Source of the DNA: a virus
Taxonomy: Duplodnaviria; Caudoviricetes
DNA length: 25,688 nucleotides
Virus record (IMG/VR): IMGVR_UViG_3300017914_002572
Span: 1 to 25,688 of that record
Strand: one strand, 5' to 3'
The notes below the pieces were generated by a model. The model made no database searches and was not told the DNA's origin. It was given only the letters and a program-made list of their open reading frames with translations. Of this stretch, positions 7,871 to 16,197 are shown piece after piece. The position numbers and the translations under genes were made by a program. Position 1 is the stretch's first letter. Each line of letters opens with the position of its first letter.

Positions 7871-8915
7871 TGGCTTGAGCTTCTACATATAATTCTTGTA
7901 GCATTTTCTTAAGTTTATCATTATCTAAATTTGTTTCGGTTGCATCAACATAATCATTTAATAGAGTCTGTGTACTAGCAGTTGAAATCTTTTCATCGTC
8001 AACTGAAGAACTTTGATACTCTTCAAACGTTTCTATTATTTTCACCTCGTGAGGATTGAAATTATAAACCTTTTCTAAGAATTTGTCAAACTCAAAAAGG
8101 TCTTTTTTGGAGATAACTACGATTTTAATATACTTACCTTTTACCATGTGTTCACGTAAAGCAATCGGATTTTCTTCGTCGTAAGTTATCTTTTCAAATA
8201 AAGTATGTGGATTCCTTACTGGAGTTATCTCACGAGTTTCTGTATCGAATATGTGAAAGTACTTAGGGTCTCCTGCATCTGACCATGTTAATTCTAATTG
8301 AGTACCAAGGTAAGTAACATTGTCTTGAGTTGACTTGGTATGATAATGACCAGAATAAACCGCATCAAATCTTTTTAATTTACTTTTATCCATACCATGC
8401 GATTTAATATTAGCATTAGCCATATATTTAAATCCACCAAGTTCGAAGTGACCCATTATAATCTGTGATTTAGTATTCTCTAAAAACTTCAGACACTCAG
8501 ATTCATTATCTGAACATATCCATGGTACCATACCAATTTGTACATTATCTAGTTTTAAATCGACACATTCTTCGTATATGGTTACAGAATCATCATATTC
8601 AGACAAACATTCTCTTAATGAGTTAAGTTGATTTGTATTTTTATAATAGACGTCGTGATTGCCTGGAATAATATACATATGTATTCCTCTTTCACGAAGT
8701 ACATCTAAGAATACTCGTTTGTTCTGATTAAGAGCTTTGAAATTGATATACTTACGATGTTCAAAATAATCACCAAGATGTAAGATAGTATCAATGTTAT
8801 TTTCTTTTAGGTATGGAAAAAATACCTTAGTGTAAAAGTCTTCTGCATTGTTTAAGAATACTTCACTACCGTTCTTGACACCACAATGTGTGTCATTCAA
8901 TATCGCAATCCGCAT
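7857..8915 (-). CDS. 47: Recombination endonuclease subunit, Mre11/SbcD-like (T4 gp47)
   Basis: Phosphoesterase motifs DTH, LGD, GNHD, GH, SGHYH; adjacent to gp46. Confidence 0.96.
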   Translation of the reverse strand: MRIAILNDTHCGVKNGSEVFLNNAEDFYTKVFFPYLKENNIDTILHLGDYFEHRKYINFKALNQNKRVFLDVLRERGIHMYIIPGNHDVYYKNTNQLNSLRECLSEYDDSVTIYEECVDLKLDNVQIGMVPWICSDNESECLKFLENTKSQIIMGHFELGGFKYMANANIKSHGMDKSKLKRFDAVYSGHYHTKSTQDNVTYLGTQLELTWSDAGDPKYFHIFDTETREITPVRNPHTLFEKITYDEENPIALREHMVKGKYIKIVVISKKDLFEFDKFLEKVYNFNPHEVKIIETFEEYQSSSVDDEKISTASTQTLLNDYVDATETNLDNDKLKKMLQELYVEAQANDSI

Positions 8916-8924
8916 AATATAATT

Positions 8925-9515
8925 TTAATCCGTTAAAAAGTCGTCTATAGTTGATGTTGTCTTTGGCTTTCTACGAGATTTGTTTTTGATTTTTTTACCG
9001 AACTCTTTTATCTTATTATCTCTATCACGAATTTGAGACGTCTTATGTCTTATTCTTTCAATGATAGAATCTGAGTCATTATAATCACCAGTATCCATAA
9101 AGGCTCCGGCTCCAGCATAATCGATATACAATTCTTTTATATCTTGTTGCCTTTTCTCTTTTGCAATTCTTCGTAGAAACGCATAATATGATATTTGAGT
9201 AAAGTAAGCAAATGCATTAGGAAGGCCTGTACGTGTTGCTTTATTAATATCATAATTCATAATTGCTTTAATACAATTTTCGACAGCATCCATTACCATT
9301 TCTTCTCGATATGTATACGAAATGAAATTTGGCTTATGTGAAAGACCTTCAGCTATTTTAAGAAAACACTCACCAATATAATTAGGGATGTTAGGCTCAT
9401 CTTCGCCTTTACCTCTAGATTCTATTGCAAGGTTTACGTAATCTACAACAGCTTGAGAAAACTCTTTATTATTAACATAATGCTCTTTTGCTCGCTTTTC
9501 TCTCTTTTTCTTCAT
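8925..9515 (-). CDS. 55: Late-transcription sigma factor (T4 gp55)
   Basis: HYVNNKEF, YIGECFLKIAEGLSHKPNF, NAFAYFTQI..AFLRRI..EK. Start placed at 9515 because the upstream ATG (9536) lies within the promoter. Confidence 0.95.
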   Translation of the reverse strand: MKKKREKRAKEHYVNNKEFSQAVVDYVNLAIESRGKGEDEPNIPNYIGECFLKIAEGLSHKPNFISYTYREEMVMDAVENCIKAIMNYDINKATRTGLPNAFAYFTQISYYAFLRRIAKEKRQQDIKELYIDYAGAGAFMDTGDYNDSDSIIERIRHKTSQIRDRDNKIKEFGKKIKNKSRRKPKTTSTIDDFLTD

Positions 9516-9526
9516 AATGTAGTTAT

Positions 9527-9555
9527 AATATATCACAGAATATAAAATTAATCAA
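9527..9555 (-). promoter_or_regulatory. Sigma70-type promoter for gp55
   Basis: -35 TTGATT (9555-9550), 17-nt spacer, extended -10 TGA-TATATT (hexamer 9532-9527). Confidence 0.6.
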
Positions 9556-9556
9556 T

Positions 9557-9613
9557 AAAAAAATGCATTTTCTTTATTTTTATCTTTACATCTGTTGACA
9601 AAGTTTGTATAAT
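9557..9613 (+). promoter_or_regulatory. Divergent (antisense) sigma70-type promoter
   Basis: A-tract-ATGCAT (9563-9568), TTTACA (9585-9590), 17-nt spacer, perfect TATAAT (9608-9613). No credible plus-strand gene follows. Confidence 0.65.
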
Positions 9614-9643
9614 AGTATAGTTCAATACAAAGACCACCAGGAC

Positions 9644-10111
9644 TCAGTAACGGTCCCAAGGGTTCTTTTTCTTTTTCTTCTTTATTTCTTCAACCTCATA
9701 AGGTTTGCTAAAGTCGAAGTCCACATCTTCAAGTTCTTCTTCTTCATTAGTAGAATCAACTACAGGAGATAACAACTTAAGGATTTCATTTATTTCCTCT
9801 TTTGGAAGTATTAAAGACATCATGTGATAAAGACCGAATTGAAAGTAATTGCGCCTTAACATTGTTGATGCTTCGTGGCTCGAAACTATTGAGGAATCTC
9901 TTAGGAATACAGGTTGAGATATTTCAGTCATACACCATTGTGTCAGTCGCATCTTACCTTCTTCTAAATTTATTTTTACTGGATTAATAACAAAGATAAC
10001 TTCTTGGTCTAAATCATAATCAACCTCTTCTGCCATAATATAACTACCATCGTTTAAATGGTAACAAAAGATTGACGCGTCTTCTATTTTACTTTTTTCG
10101 AATGTTGTCAT
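9644..10111 (-). CDS. Hypothetical protein downstream of uvsW
   Basis: 155-aa ORF coupled to uvsW by a 4-nt overlap. It has a beta-rich N-terminal half and an acidic then basic tail. T4-like phages commonly carry a hypothetical gene between uvsW and 55. Confidence 0.8.
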   Translation of the reverse strand: MTTFEKSKIEDASIFCYHLNDGSYIMAEEVDYDLDQEVIFVINPVKINLEEGKMRLTQWCMTEISQPVFLRDSSIVSSHEASTMLRRNYFQFGLYHMMSLILPKEEINEILKLLSPVVDSTNEEEELEDVDFDFSKPYEVEEIKKKKKKNPWDRY

Positions 10112-11586
10112 AGTGGTATCTCGTGTGTTTGAAAATTAAACTTCTCCTTAGCATATAACTTGATTCTATCAATAGCATGATTTAATGTATAATTTTTTCT
10201 CGTTTTCCACGAAATGTCATCAGCTATATCATAAATTGTAGTCATTTGATTATTATCTGCTTTTCTTAATCCTCGCCCTATCGATTGTAATACTCTTATT
10301 TGAGATTTAGTCGGTGAAGCGAATATTATATTATGTAGATTTCTTATATTTATACCAGTCGAAAAGGTCCCTACACTAGCCACGATAATAGCATTATTTT
10401 CTTTCTCGGTTAACTCACGAATTCTTTCTCGTTCATCAGCCCCCACTTCACCAGCTACAAAGAAAACTTTTCTTCCTTTGGCTTTTTCACTTATATCTTT
10501 ATATAGGGGTTTACCATGTTTAACCACATAGTTGTATAAAACTAAAGTATTACCTTTTTGGTCAAGAGCTAGATTTCTAATAAATTTATTTCTACCTTCA
10601 TGCGTTACTAACCAATCTATTTCTTCTTGGTATTTCTTTTTACCAAACCCCTTTCTAACTTCATCACTATATTTAATTACTAATGCTTGTATTTTCATTT
10701 GAGCTAAAGTATCTGAATCCATTAGAGCTCGAGTTGTAGTTACCTTATAAACCGGCCCGAAGCACCCTTCTAAAACTAACTCATGAACTTCTGACCCGTC
10801 CAGAGTTCCTGTGGTTCCTATTCTAAGCCATGCATTTCTTAATTTATCCATTATAGTTGTTAAAGACTTAGCTTTAAAATTATGTGCCTCGTCTCCAACT
10901 ATCATTTCAAATTCTTCGAACCATGCTGGAGGTAATTTATAAACAGATTGCCAAGTAGATATAATTACTCTTTGGTCAATATTAATCTTTTCTTTACCTG
11001 AATATATTCTATGCATTGAATCTTCATCAAACCATTTATCATTCATTGCATAGTCTAAAAAGTCTTTATACATTTGTTCTACCAATGATGTAGTAGGTAC
11101 AATGATAAGACATTTTTGTTCAGAGTTTTCTAAGAACCATCTAATAAGTATGTAAATAATAAGAGACTTACCAGAACCCGTAGGGGATATCAACACCGCC
11201 CTTTGATTAGAGAGAGCATGTTTGACGGCATCTATCTGGTAGTCTCTTGGTTCAATCTCATCACCACCTACAGTAAGAGGTAGCTCTTTGATGAACTGGT
11301 CACAATCAGTAAGCACTTTGTCTGTAGCAACGTCAGAAGCCATATCGACTTCATAATTTCTTTCTTCAGCAAATCTTAATACATGTTCAAGTAATCCATA
11401 AGGAAGCGTTTGATTTCTTGAATTAAATAAACGAATCTTTCCGTCCCACAATTTATTCCTATAAGCAGGCATAAATTTATAACCTTCAGCATAGAAGGTA
11501 AAACGTTCTCCGAGTTCTCGCAATGAACCAGAGTCATTTGATTGTATCACTAAAGATACTTCGTCTTTTTTACGTACCTGAAACAA
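10108..11586 (-). CDS. uvsW: SF2 DNA helicase UvsW
   Basis: WDGKIRLF, PRDYQ, SPTGSGKS, DEAH, TGT, QSIGRGLR; follows uvsY. Confidence 0.97.
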   Translation of the reverse strand: MFQVRKKDEVSLVIQSNDSGSLRELGERFTFYAEGYKFMPAYRNKLWDGKIRLFNSRNQTLPYGLLEHVLRFAEERNYEVDMASDVATDKVLTDCDQFIKELPLTVGGDEIEPRDYQIDAVKHALSNQRAVLISPTGSGKSLIIYILIRWFLENSEQKCLIIVPTTSLVEQMYKDFLDYAMNDKWFDEDSMHRIYSGKEKINIDQRVIISTWQSVYKLPPAWFEEFEMIVGDEAHNFKAKSLTTIMDKLRNAWLRIGTTGTLDGSEVHELVLEGCFGPVYKVTTTRALMDSDTLAQMKIQALVIKYSDEVRKGFGKKKYQEEIDWLVTHEGRNKFIRNLALDQKGNTLVLYNYVVKHGKPLYKDISEKAKGRKVFFVAGEVGADERERIRELTEKENNAIIVASVGTFSTGINIRNLHNIIFASPTKSQIRVLQSIGRGLRKADNNQMTTIYDIADDISWKTRKNYTLNHAIDRIKLYAKEKFNFQTHEIPL

Positions 11587-12016
11587 ACTTCTTCCAATCT
11601 ATAATATTTTTAACATGGGTATGTCTCCAGCGAATAGTACCCATTATTTCTTCGAGTACATTACTTATTGCTTTTTGATATTCTATCTTTTGTTTGATAG
11701 TAGTAATATCTTTATCGGAGTCATAATAAAATTCTAATTCTGACTTCAGTGGTTTAGTGCTACCATTAAATGGGTCATATGCCCAACCTCTTTCGTCCAT
11801 TTGTTGTTTGGTCATCTTACCAGTGAAGTATAACCATTTATCTTTCTTTAACGAATTCAGGTCAGCATCTAACTTAGCTAACTGAAGACGATTCACATTT
11901 ACCAGTTCTAAATACTTGGCATGAAGTTTTGATGTTTTCTTAGTCTCGTCATCTAGGGCAAGGTCATCTATTTCACAATCGACCTTCCACATTTCCATAA
12001 TCTTATCAAGTGTCAT
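11570..12016 (-). CDS. uvsY: Recombination mediator UvsY
   Basis: Helical 148-aa protein with LHAKYL, K.LYFTGK and IKN-like/IDWKKF C-terminus; lies between gp3 and uvsW. Confidence 0.92.
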   Translation of the reverse strand: MTLDKIMEMWKVDCEIDDLALDDETKKTSKLHAKYLELVNVNRLQLAKLDADLNSLKKDKWLYFTGKMTKQQMDERGWAYDPFNGSTKPLKSELEFYYDSDKDITTIKQKIEYQKAISNVLEEIMGTIRWRHTHVKNIIDWKKFVSGT

Positions 12017-12022
12017 ATAATA

Positions 12023-12030
12023 TATTTATA
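12023..12030 (-). promoter_or_regulatory. T4 late promoter upstream of uvsY
   Basis: Exact TATAAATA, 6 nt before the ATG. Confidence 0.75.
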
Positions 12031-12032
12031 CT

Positions 12033-12500
12033 TTATTTTATAATAGTAAATCTGTCGTATCTAAATGTAATATCTGTTTGTAAAAATTCTATGTCTGAGT
12101 TTTGTGTATCAAATTCTACTCCACCGATTGAAACTGGGAATACATTAGAAAATCTAATCTGTTTATTTAATGTATTATTATTACTTAAAACAGATAGAAC
12201 CATATCGTGTACTTCTATCTTTGTTTCATTCTTAACCATCCAGTTTAATAATTCGGTATAACCTTTCATATCTTCATCAACAGCCAATCTCATTGAAAGA
12301 GAATCGAAAGATAAAGTTTCACCTGGAACATAACCCTGAGCATTCTTATAATTAATTTGTGTCTCGCCAAGATTCACTGAAGGCATTGAAAATTGAGTCA
12401 CAAAAAATTCGGTATTAGCAAACTCATTCCGATTAATAGTTAATCTAAAACCGGTTGGTGCTAATAAGTTTAAATTTGTAGTTAAGTTACTATTACTCAT
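12033..12500 (-). CDS. 3: Tail tube terminator / tail completion protein (T4 gp3-like)
   Basis: N.L.PTGF, VDEDMK.Y.EL..W, F..VFPVS.GG.EFD motifs; located directly after gp23, as in aquatic T4-like phages. Confidence 0.88.
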   Translation of the reverse strand: MSNSNLTTNLNLLAPTGFRLTINRNEFANTEFFVTQFSMPSVNLGETQINYKNAQGYVPGETLSFDSLSMRLAVDEDMKGYTELLNWMVKNETKIEVHDMVLSVLSNNNTLNKQIRFSNVFPVSIGGVEFDTQNSDIEFLQTDITFRYDRFTIIK

Positions 12501-12505
12501 ATTCT

Positions 12506-12513
12506 TATTTATA
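12506..12513 (-). promoter_or_regulatory. T4 late promoter upstream of gp3
   Basis: Exact TATAAATA, 5 nt before the ATG and just after the gp23 terminator. Confidence 0.8.
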
Positions 12514-12514
12514 T

Positions 12515-12544
12515 AAAAAAAGGGCCCTCTTTTCAGAGAGCCCT
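12515..12544 (-). terminator. Rho-independent terminator after gp23
   Basis: AGGGCTCTCT-GAAA-AGAGGGCCCT followed by a T-run on the minus strand. Confidence 0.9.
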
Positions 12545-12567
12545 TAGTAAAGATTTATCTATTCGAA

Positions 12568-13884
12568 TTAACCTTCGAAGTTGATATCTCTAACTTTAAA
12601 CTTGCGGTAATACTGATTACCTGCAGAAGTCGTTCCTGCGGTGCCAAGAGTGGCAGCGAATGGATTCGCTACGATTCCGTAACGAGTCTTAAATGCCATT
12701 TTTGGTTGGAATGTAGTTTCGTCGATCGCACGAACCATTGTTAACGGAACGTAAGGGCAATAGAACATACCAGCATCAAATGGGTTTGTTCCTTTATATC
12801 CTACAGTTGCGTAATCAACAGTTGCATATGGGTCAACGTATACTTTCATTCTTCCGTTAAGAATACCTGCGAATGTATTTCCAGTATCGTCTACATTTAA
12901 GTTAGCAGATAGTGCTGGAGTATAATCCAATGAACCAGCTGCTGCAAGAGCAGATGCTACGTTAGAAGAACAAAGAACGAAGTTCCCTTTACCTCTACGT
13001 GTATCTTTTGCAATCTGATTCGCCTCAACTTCTAATTGGAAGATAAGAGACTTGAATTTTTCAACTAACCAACGACCGTCAGCGTCTGCTGTCAATGAGA
13101 AGATACCTGTTGATGCACCGGCAGACTCATCGATATTAGCTAGACCGATTCTTGCATCGTGAACGATGTTACGAATCACTTCACGGTTGATTTCAGCCAA
13201 GATTTCAGCTGAAAGGATGTTAGCCAATTCTGACTCTGCATCCAAACCATGAACTGCTTTAAGGTCTTGAGCAAGCTCCATTGAGTACTCAGCCTTTAGC
13301 TGTCTAGTTTTAGCAGTTACTGTTGTTCTGTCGATTGAGAAACCAGCAGCGTTGAAGTTATCACCTTCACCAATAGCTAAATCAGCTCCACCTGCAGGTT
13401 GGTAGTCGGCGTTAGTACCTCCTACGTTGCCTCCACCGAATGGTGAGTCAGATGTTGGTGTTGTACCTTTAGATGAGAAAGCTGTGTCAGCTTCGTCAAA
13501 TAAGATTTCAGGTGAGTCAGATGTAACTGGTACAGTTGTTGGGTCATTTCTACGAGCTTTGAGCGCGAAGATTAGTCCGGTTGGTGCTGACATAGGCTGA
13601 ACACCAGCTACGTCATAAGCAATAAGGTTAGGCATTGCACGTCTAACCATAGAAATAAGAATTGGGTCGAAGGCTGTTCCTACGGCACCAACTCCAGCGG
13701 AAGAGGCTACAGTGTCTTCTGTCAATACACCAGCTTGATGAGCTGCATTCTCACGAAGAGCCATTTCTGTGTTTTCCAAAAGTTTTGCTGTAACCGCTTT
13801 ACGATAATTATCTTTAATAGCAGGAGCTGACTCGTGGTCGAGTACTGCACCCCACTTTTTGATATCTTGTTCTGCGTTTAGCAT
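12568..13884 (-). CDS. 23: Major capsid protein (T4 gp23)
   Basis: VRRAMPNLIAYD.AGVQPM..PTGLIFA, ELAQDLKAVHGLDAESELANILS.EI, YCPYVPL, FKTRYG...NPF. Confidence 0.99.
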   Translation of the reverse strand: MLNAEQDIKKWGAVLDHESAPAIKDNYRKAVTAKLLENTEMALRENAAHQAGVLTEDTVASSAGVGAVGTAFDPILISMVRRAMPNLIAYDVAGVQPMSAPTGLIFALKARRNDPTTVPVTSDSPEILFDEADTAFSSKGTTPTSDSPFGGGNVGGTNADYQPAGGADLAIGEGDNFNAAGFSIDRTTVTAKTRQLKAEYSMELAQDLKAVHGLDAESELANILSAEILAEINREVIRNIVHDARIGLANIDESAGASTGIFSLTADADGRWLVEKFKSLIFQLEVEANQIAKDTRRGKGNFVLCSSNVASALAAAGSLDYTPALSANLNVDDTGNTFAGILNGRMKVYVDPYATVDYATVGYKGTNPFDAGMFYCPYVPLTMVRAIDETTFQPKMAFKTRYGIVANPFAATLGTAGTTSAGNQYYRKFKVRDINFEG

Positions 13885-13911
13885 AATAGTAATTCCTTTT
13901 TAATTGTTGGA

Positions 13912-15327
13912 TTATTTAGTAATAAATGAACTGTTTTTCTCAAGGTTACCTAGAGCTGTTACATATCGAGCCATATCGGCAGGAATAGTTTGTTTTTGCT
14001 CTGCTGAGGTTCCCTCTACTACTACTTTAACATCACCAGATGCTTGAGTAGATTCTTTAATTTCTTCCTGTGAACCAGAGAAGAAAGTTTCCTTAACTGT
14101 CTGAACTTTTTCAGTGAATGCTTCTTCACTTTCAAACTCAGCGCCATCAAGTAGATGATTGAGTTTTTCAACTTGTGTAGAAGTTAAGTCTTGAGAATTT
14201 TCACGAATGATTTTCTCACGAAGCAACTCATCGAGTTTTTCCTGTAAGTCTTCCTTATCAGATTCAGCTTGCTCTAAAGCGCCATCCATTAATTTAACCT
14301 TTTCATCTAACTCAGAGACTAAATCTCTTTTAGCTTCAGGTACATCAATGTAAGACTCTGTAAATAGAGTTTGCAATCCAGTAATGAATTTTTCAGTGAT
14401 TTCTGAACGAAGTTGTGATTCAACAACATCTGAATTTTCTTCAATCCAGTTTTCGACTACATAGCCTAGATAGTTGTCAATCTTTTCTATTAGAGTTTCA
14501 CGAACAAATGTTACTTCCTCTTGCAAGTCAGCACTGAATTGTTCTTCTAATTGAGTTCTGATATCATAAACTTTGTTAGCAATAGCTGCTTCAAAAACAA
14601 CTTGAGCTTTAGTTTTGAAATCTTCACTTAGATTAGAATCAGCTTGTACCAATAAATCAACTTCTGATTCAAGGTCAAATGATTCGTCCATAGATTTAGC
14701 TTTCATCATTTCTTTCTTCAAGTCGTGATAACTTGCTTGCAGAGATGATTTCTTTTGAGACTTAATCATTTTATAAGCTGCTTGAAGTAAGTCACCCTTA
14801 TTAAGATTCTTGGCTGCATCAGCTGATTTTTTAGCAACTGCTGCGGCTTCATCACCTTCTTTTTCACCATCGACTTCTTCTGATTTTGTAGAGTACATAG
14901 CGTGAAGTTTATCAAAAGCAGCTGTTAGCTGAGACTTTTTCATACCCTTCATTTCTTTATACATTTGATTCAGAATTTCAGCTTTGGTTTTAGGGGCTTC
15001 TTCTTCCTCTTCATCGTCGTCGCCTTCAACTTCCTCGTCGATTTCTTCTTCGTCATCGTCGTCTTCGTCTTTAGCTTCTTCGATATCTTCTTCGTCTTCG
15101 TCGTCCTTTTTGGCTTCGTTGACTTCTTCTGTGTCGGACTCTTCTTCAGTATCTTCTGTACTTTCGTCGAGTTCAACTTCTTCTTCTTGGCTTTCACCTA
15201 GAAGAGTCTTTAAGACTGTTTCAGAAAGACTAGTTTCTTGTGTTGAATCTTCTGCAGTCTCCTGCTCCGTTTCTTCAACAAGAGTATCTTCTTGAACGTC
15301 TTCGATTTCTTTAGTATCTTCTGACAT
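13912..15327 (-). CDS. 22: Prohead core scaffolding protein (T4 gp22), with an extended acidic N-terminus
   Basis: Lies between gp21 and gp23; LSEDFK.KA..VFEAA, ID.YL.YVVE.W..EN, M..Y..AL C-terminus. Confidence 0.93.
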   Translation of the reverse strand: MSEDTKEIEDVQEDTLVEETEQETAEDSTQETSLSETVLKTLLGESQEEEVELDESTEDTEEESDTEEVNEAKKDDEDEEDIEEAKDEDDDDEEEIDEEVEGDDDEEEEEAPKTKAEILNQMYKEMKGMKKSQLTAAFDKLHAMYSTKSEEVDGEKEGDEAAAVAKKSADAAKNLNKGDLLQAAYKMIKSQKKSSLQASYHDLKKEMMKAKSMDESFDLESEVDLLVQADSNLSEDFKTKAQVVFEAAIANKVYDIRTQLEEQFSADLQEEVTFVRETLIEKIDNYLGYVVENWIEENSDVVESQLRSEITEKFITGLQTLFTESYIDVPEAKRDLVSELDEKVKLMDGALEQAESDKEDLQEKLDELLREKIIRENSQDLTSTQVEKLNHLLDGAEFESEEAFTEKVQTVKETFFSGSQEEIKESTQASGDVKVVVEGTSAEQKQTIPADMARYVTALGNLEKNSSFITK

Positions 15328-15351
15328 ATCTTGTGTCCCTTGTTTTAACTA

Positions 15352-15996
15352 TTATAGTTTGGAGAGGAAATCCGCAAAGATTCTTTCTTGTGCTTCAGTA
15401 ATCCGCCTAAGAGGTGTCTTTTGAATTTCAGTCTCATACTTTTCAATTTGTTGAGGTTTTAAGATTCCATTCTCCCAAACCCATTCTACACCTTCCATTA
15501 TGCCATCTACGAAGGCCTTTGGTGCGGAGGGGTCTTGGACAATATCAACAGTTGAAAGAATATAATCATCTTTCACGTAAGTTTTATTATCTTTTTGTTC
15601 AACAGTTCCCATACCACGACTAGAAACACCTAACTTTACTCCACCTTCCATAAGTCCTTTCACGATTTTCCCCATCGGTGTGTCAAGTATCAGTGCTCTT
15701 CCAACAACATTATTACCCTCAAATTTGAGATTGGTAATTTTGTGTGAAACTTTATCTAAGTTAATTGTAGGTCCTGTCGGGTGGTCTAATTCACCAACCG
15801 CTCGACCTGTCTTAACTTGCTCCGTAACGTACTTTTTGACGGCTTCGGCCAGTACTTCTTTCGGATAAATTCTTTTGTTACGATTTTCTGACTCGCTTTG
15901 CATAAACACACCTTCGATAAAGACGTTTTTCTTTCCGTCTTTTTCTTCAGTGAGATAATCGAGTCTCTCGTCTGTATGCTCAGTTATTAGTAACAT
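15352..15996 (-). CDS. 21: Prohead protease (T4 gp21)
   Basis: IEGVFMQ, NRNKRIYP, GELDHP, GVSSRGMG, DIVQDPSAPKAFV. Confidence 0.97.
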   Translation of the reverse strand: MLLITEHTDERLDYLTEEKDGKKNVFIEGVFMQSESENRNKRIYPKEVLAEAVKKYVTEQVKTGRAVGELDHPTGPTINLDKVSHKITNLKFEGNNVVGRALILDTPMGKIVKGLMEGGVKLGVSSRGMGTVEQKDNKTYVKDDYILSTVDIVQDPSAPKAFVDGIMEGVEWVWENGILKPQQIEKYETEIQKTPLRRITEAQERIFADFLSKL

Positions 15997-16162
15997 TGTC
16001 TTCTGCTTCCGTTTGATTGAAGATATCTCCAGTCATTTTAACTCTTTTCACTTCGAGTGCATCCTGTAATTTATCTTGTATCGCGGAACCAAACGCCTGT
16101 TGAGCGACTTCTTTATCATCAGTCACTATGGCGTTAAATAGTTGTTTCGTTGATTCAGTCAT
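15980..16162 (-). CDS. Small prohead core protein (gp67-like)
   Basis: 60-aa helical ORF between portal and protease with its own late promoter. Position and size fit gp67-like core proteins. Confidence 0.7.
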   Translation of the reverse strand: MTESTKQLFNAIVTDDKEVAQQAFGSAIQDKLQDALEVKRVKMTGDIFNQTEAEDNVTNN

Positions 16163-16168
16163 AATCTC

Positions 16169-16176
16169 TATTTATA
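16169..16176 (-). promoter_or_regulatory. T4 late promoter for the gp67-21-22-23 unit
   Basis: Exact TATAAATA, 6 nt before the ATG. Confidence 0.8.
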
Positions 16177-16197
16177 ATTTAGTGTTTTTTGAGAGTT

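Noticed and set aside
9595-9621. Second plus-strand promoter TTGACA...TATAGT
   Set aside because: The spacer is only 15 nt; TTTACA-N17-TATAAT explains the site better.
14965-15295. Poly-Ser, Phe-rich and Lys-rich ORFs overlapping gp22
   Set aside because: These are alternative-frame shadows of the GAA/GAC-rich acidic tract of gp22.
15520-15531. 12-nt match (TGGTGCGGAGGG) in gp21, inverted relative to the gp44 leader element
   Set aside because: It falls in the conserved DPSAP codons, and isolated 12-mer matches are expected by chance in 25 kb.
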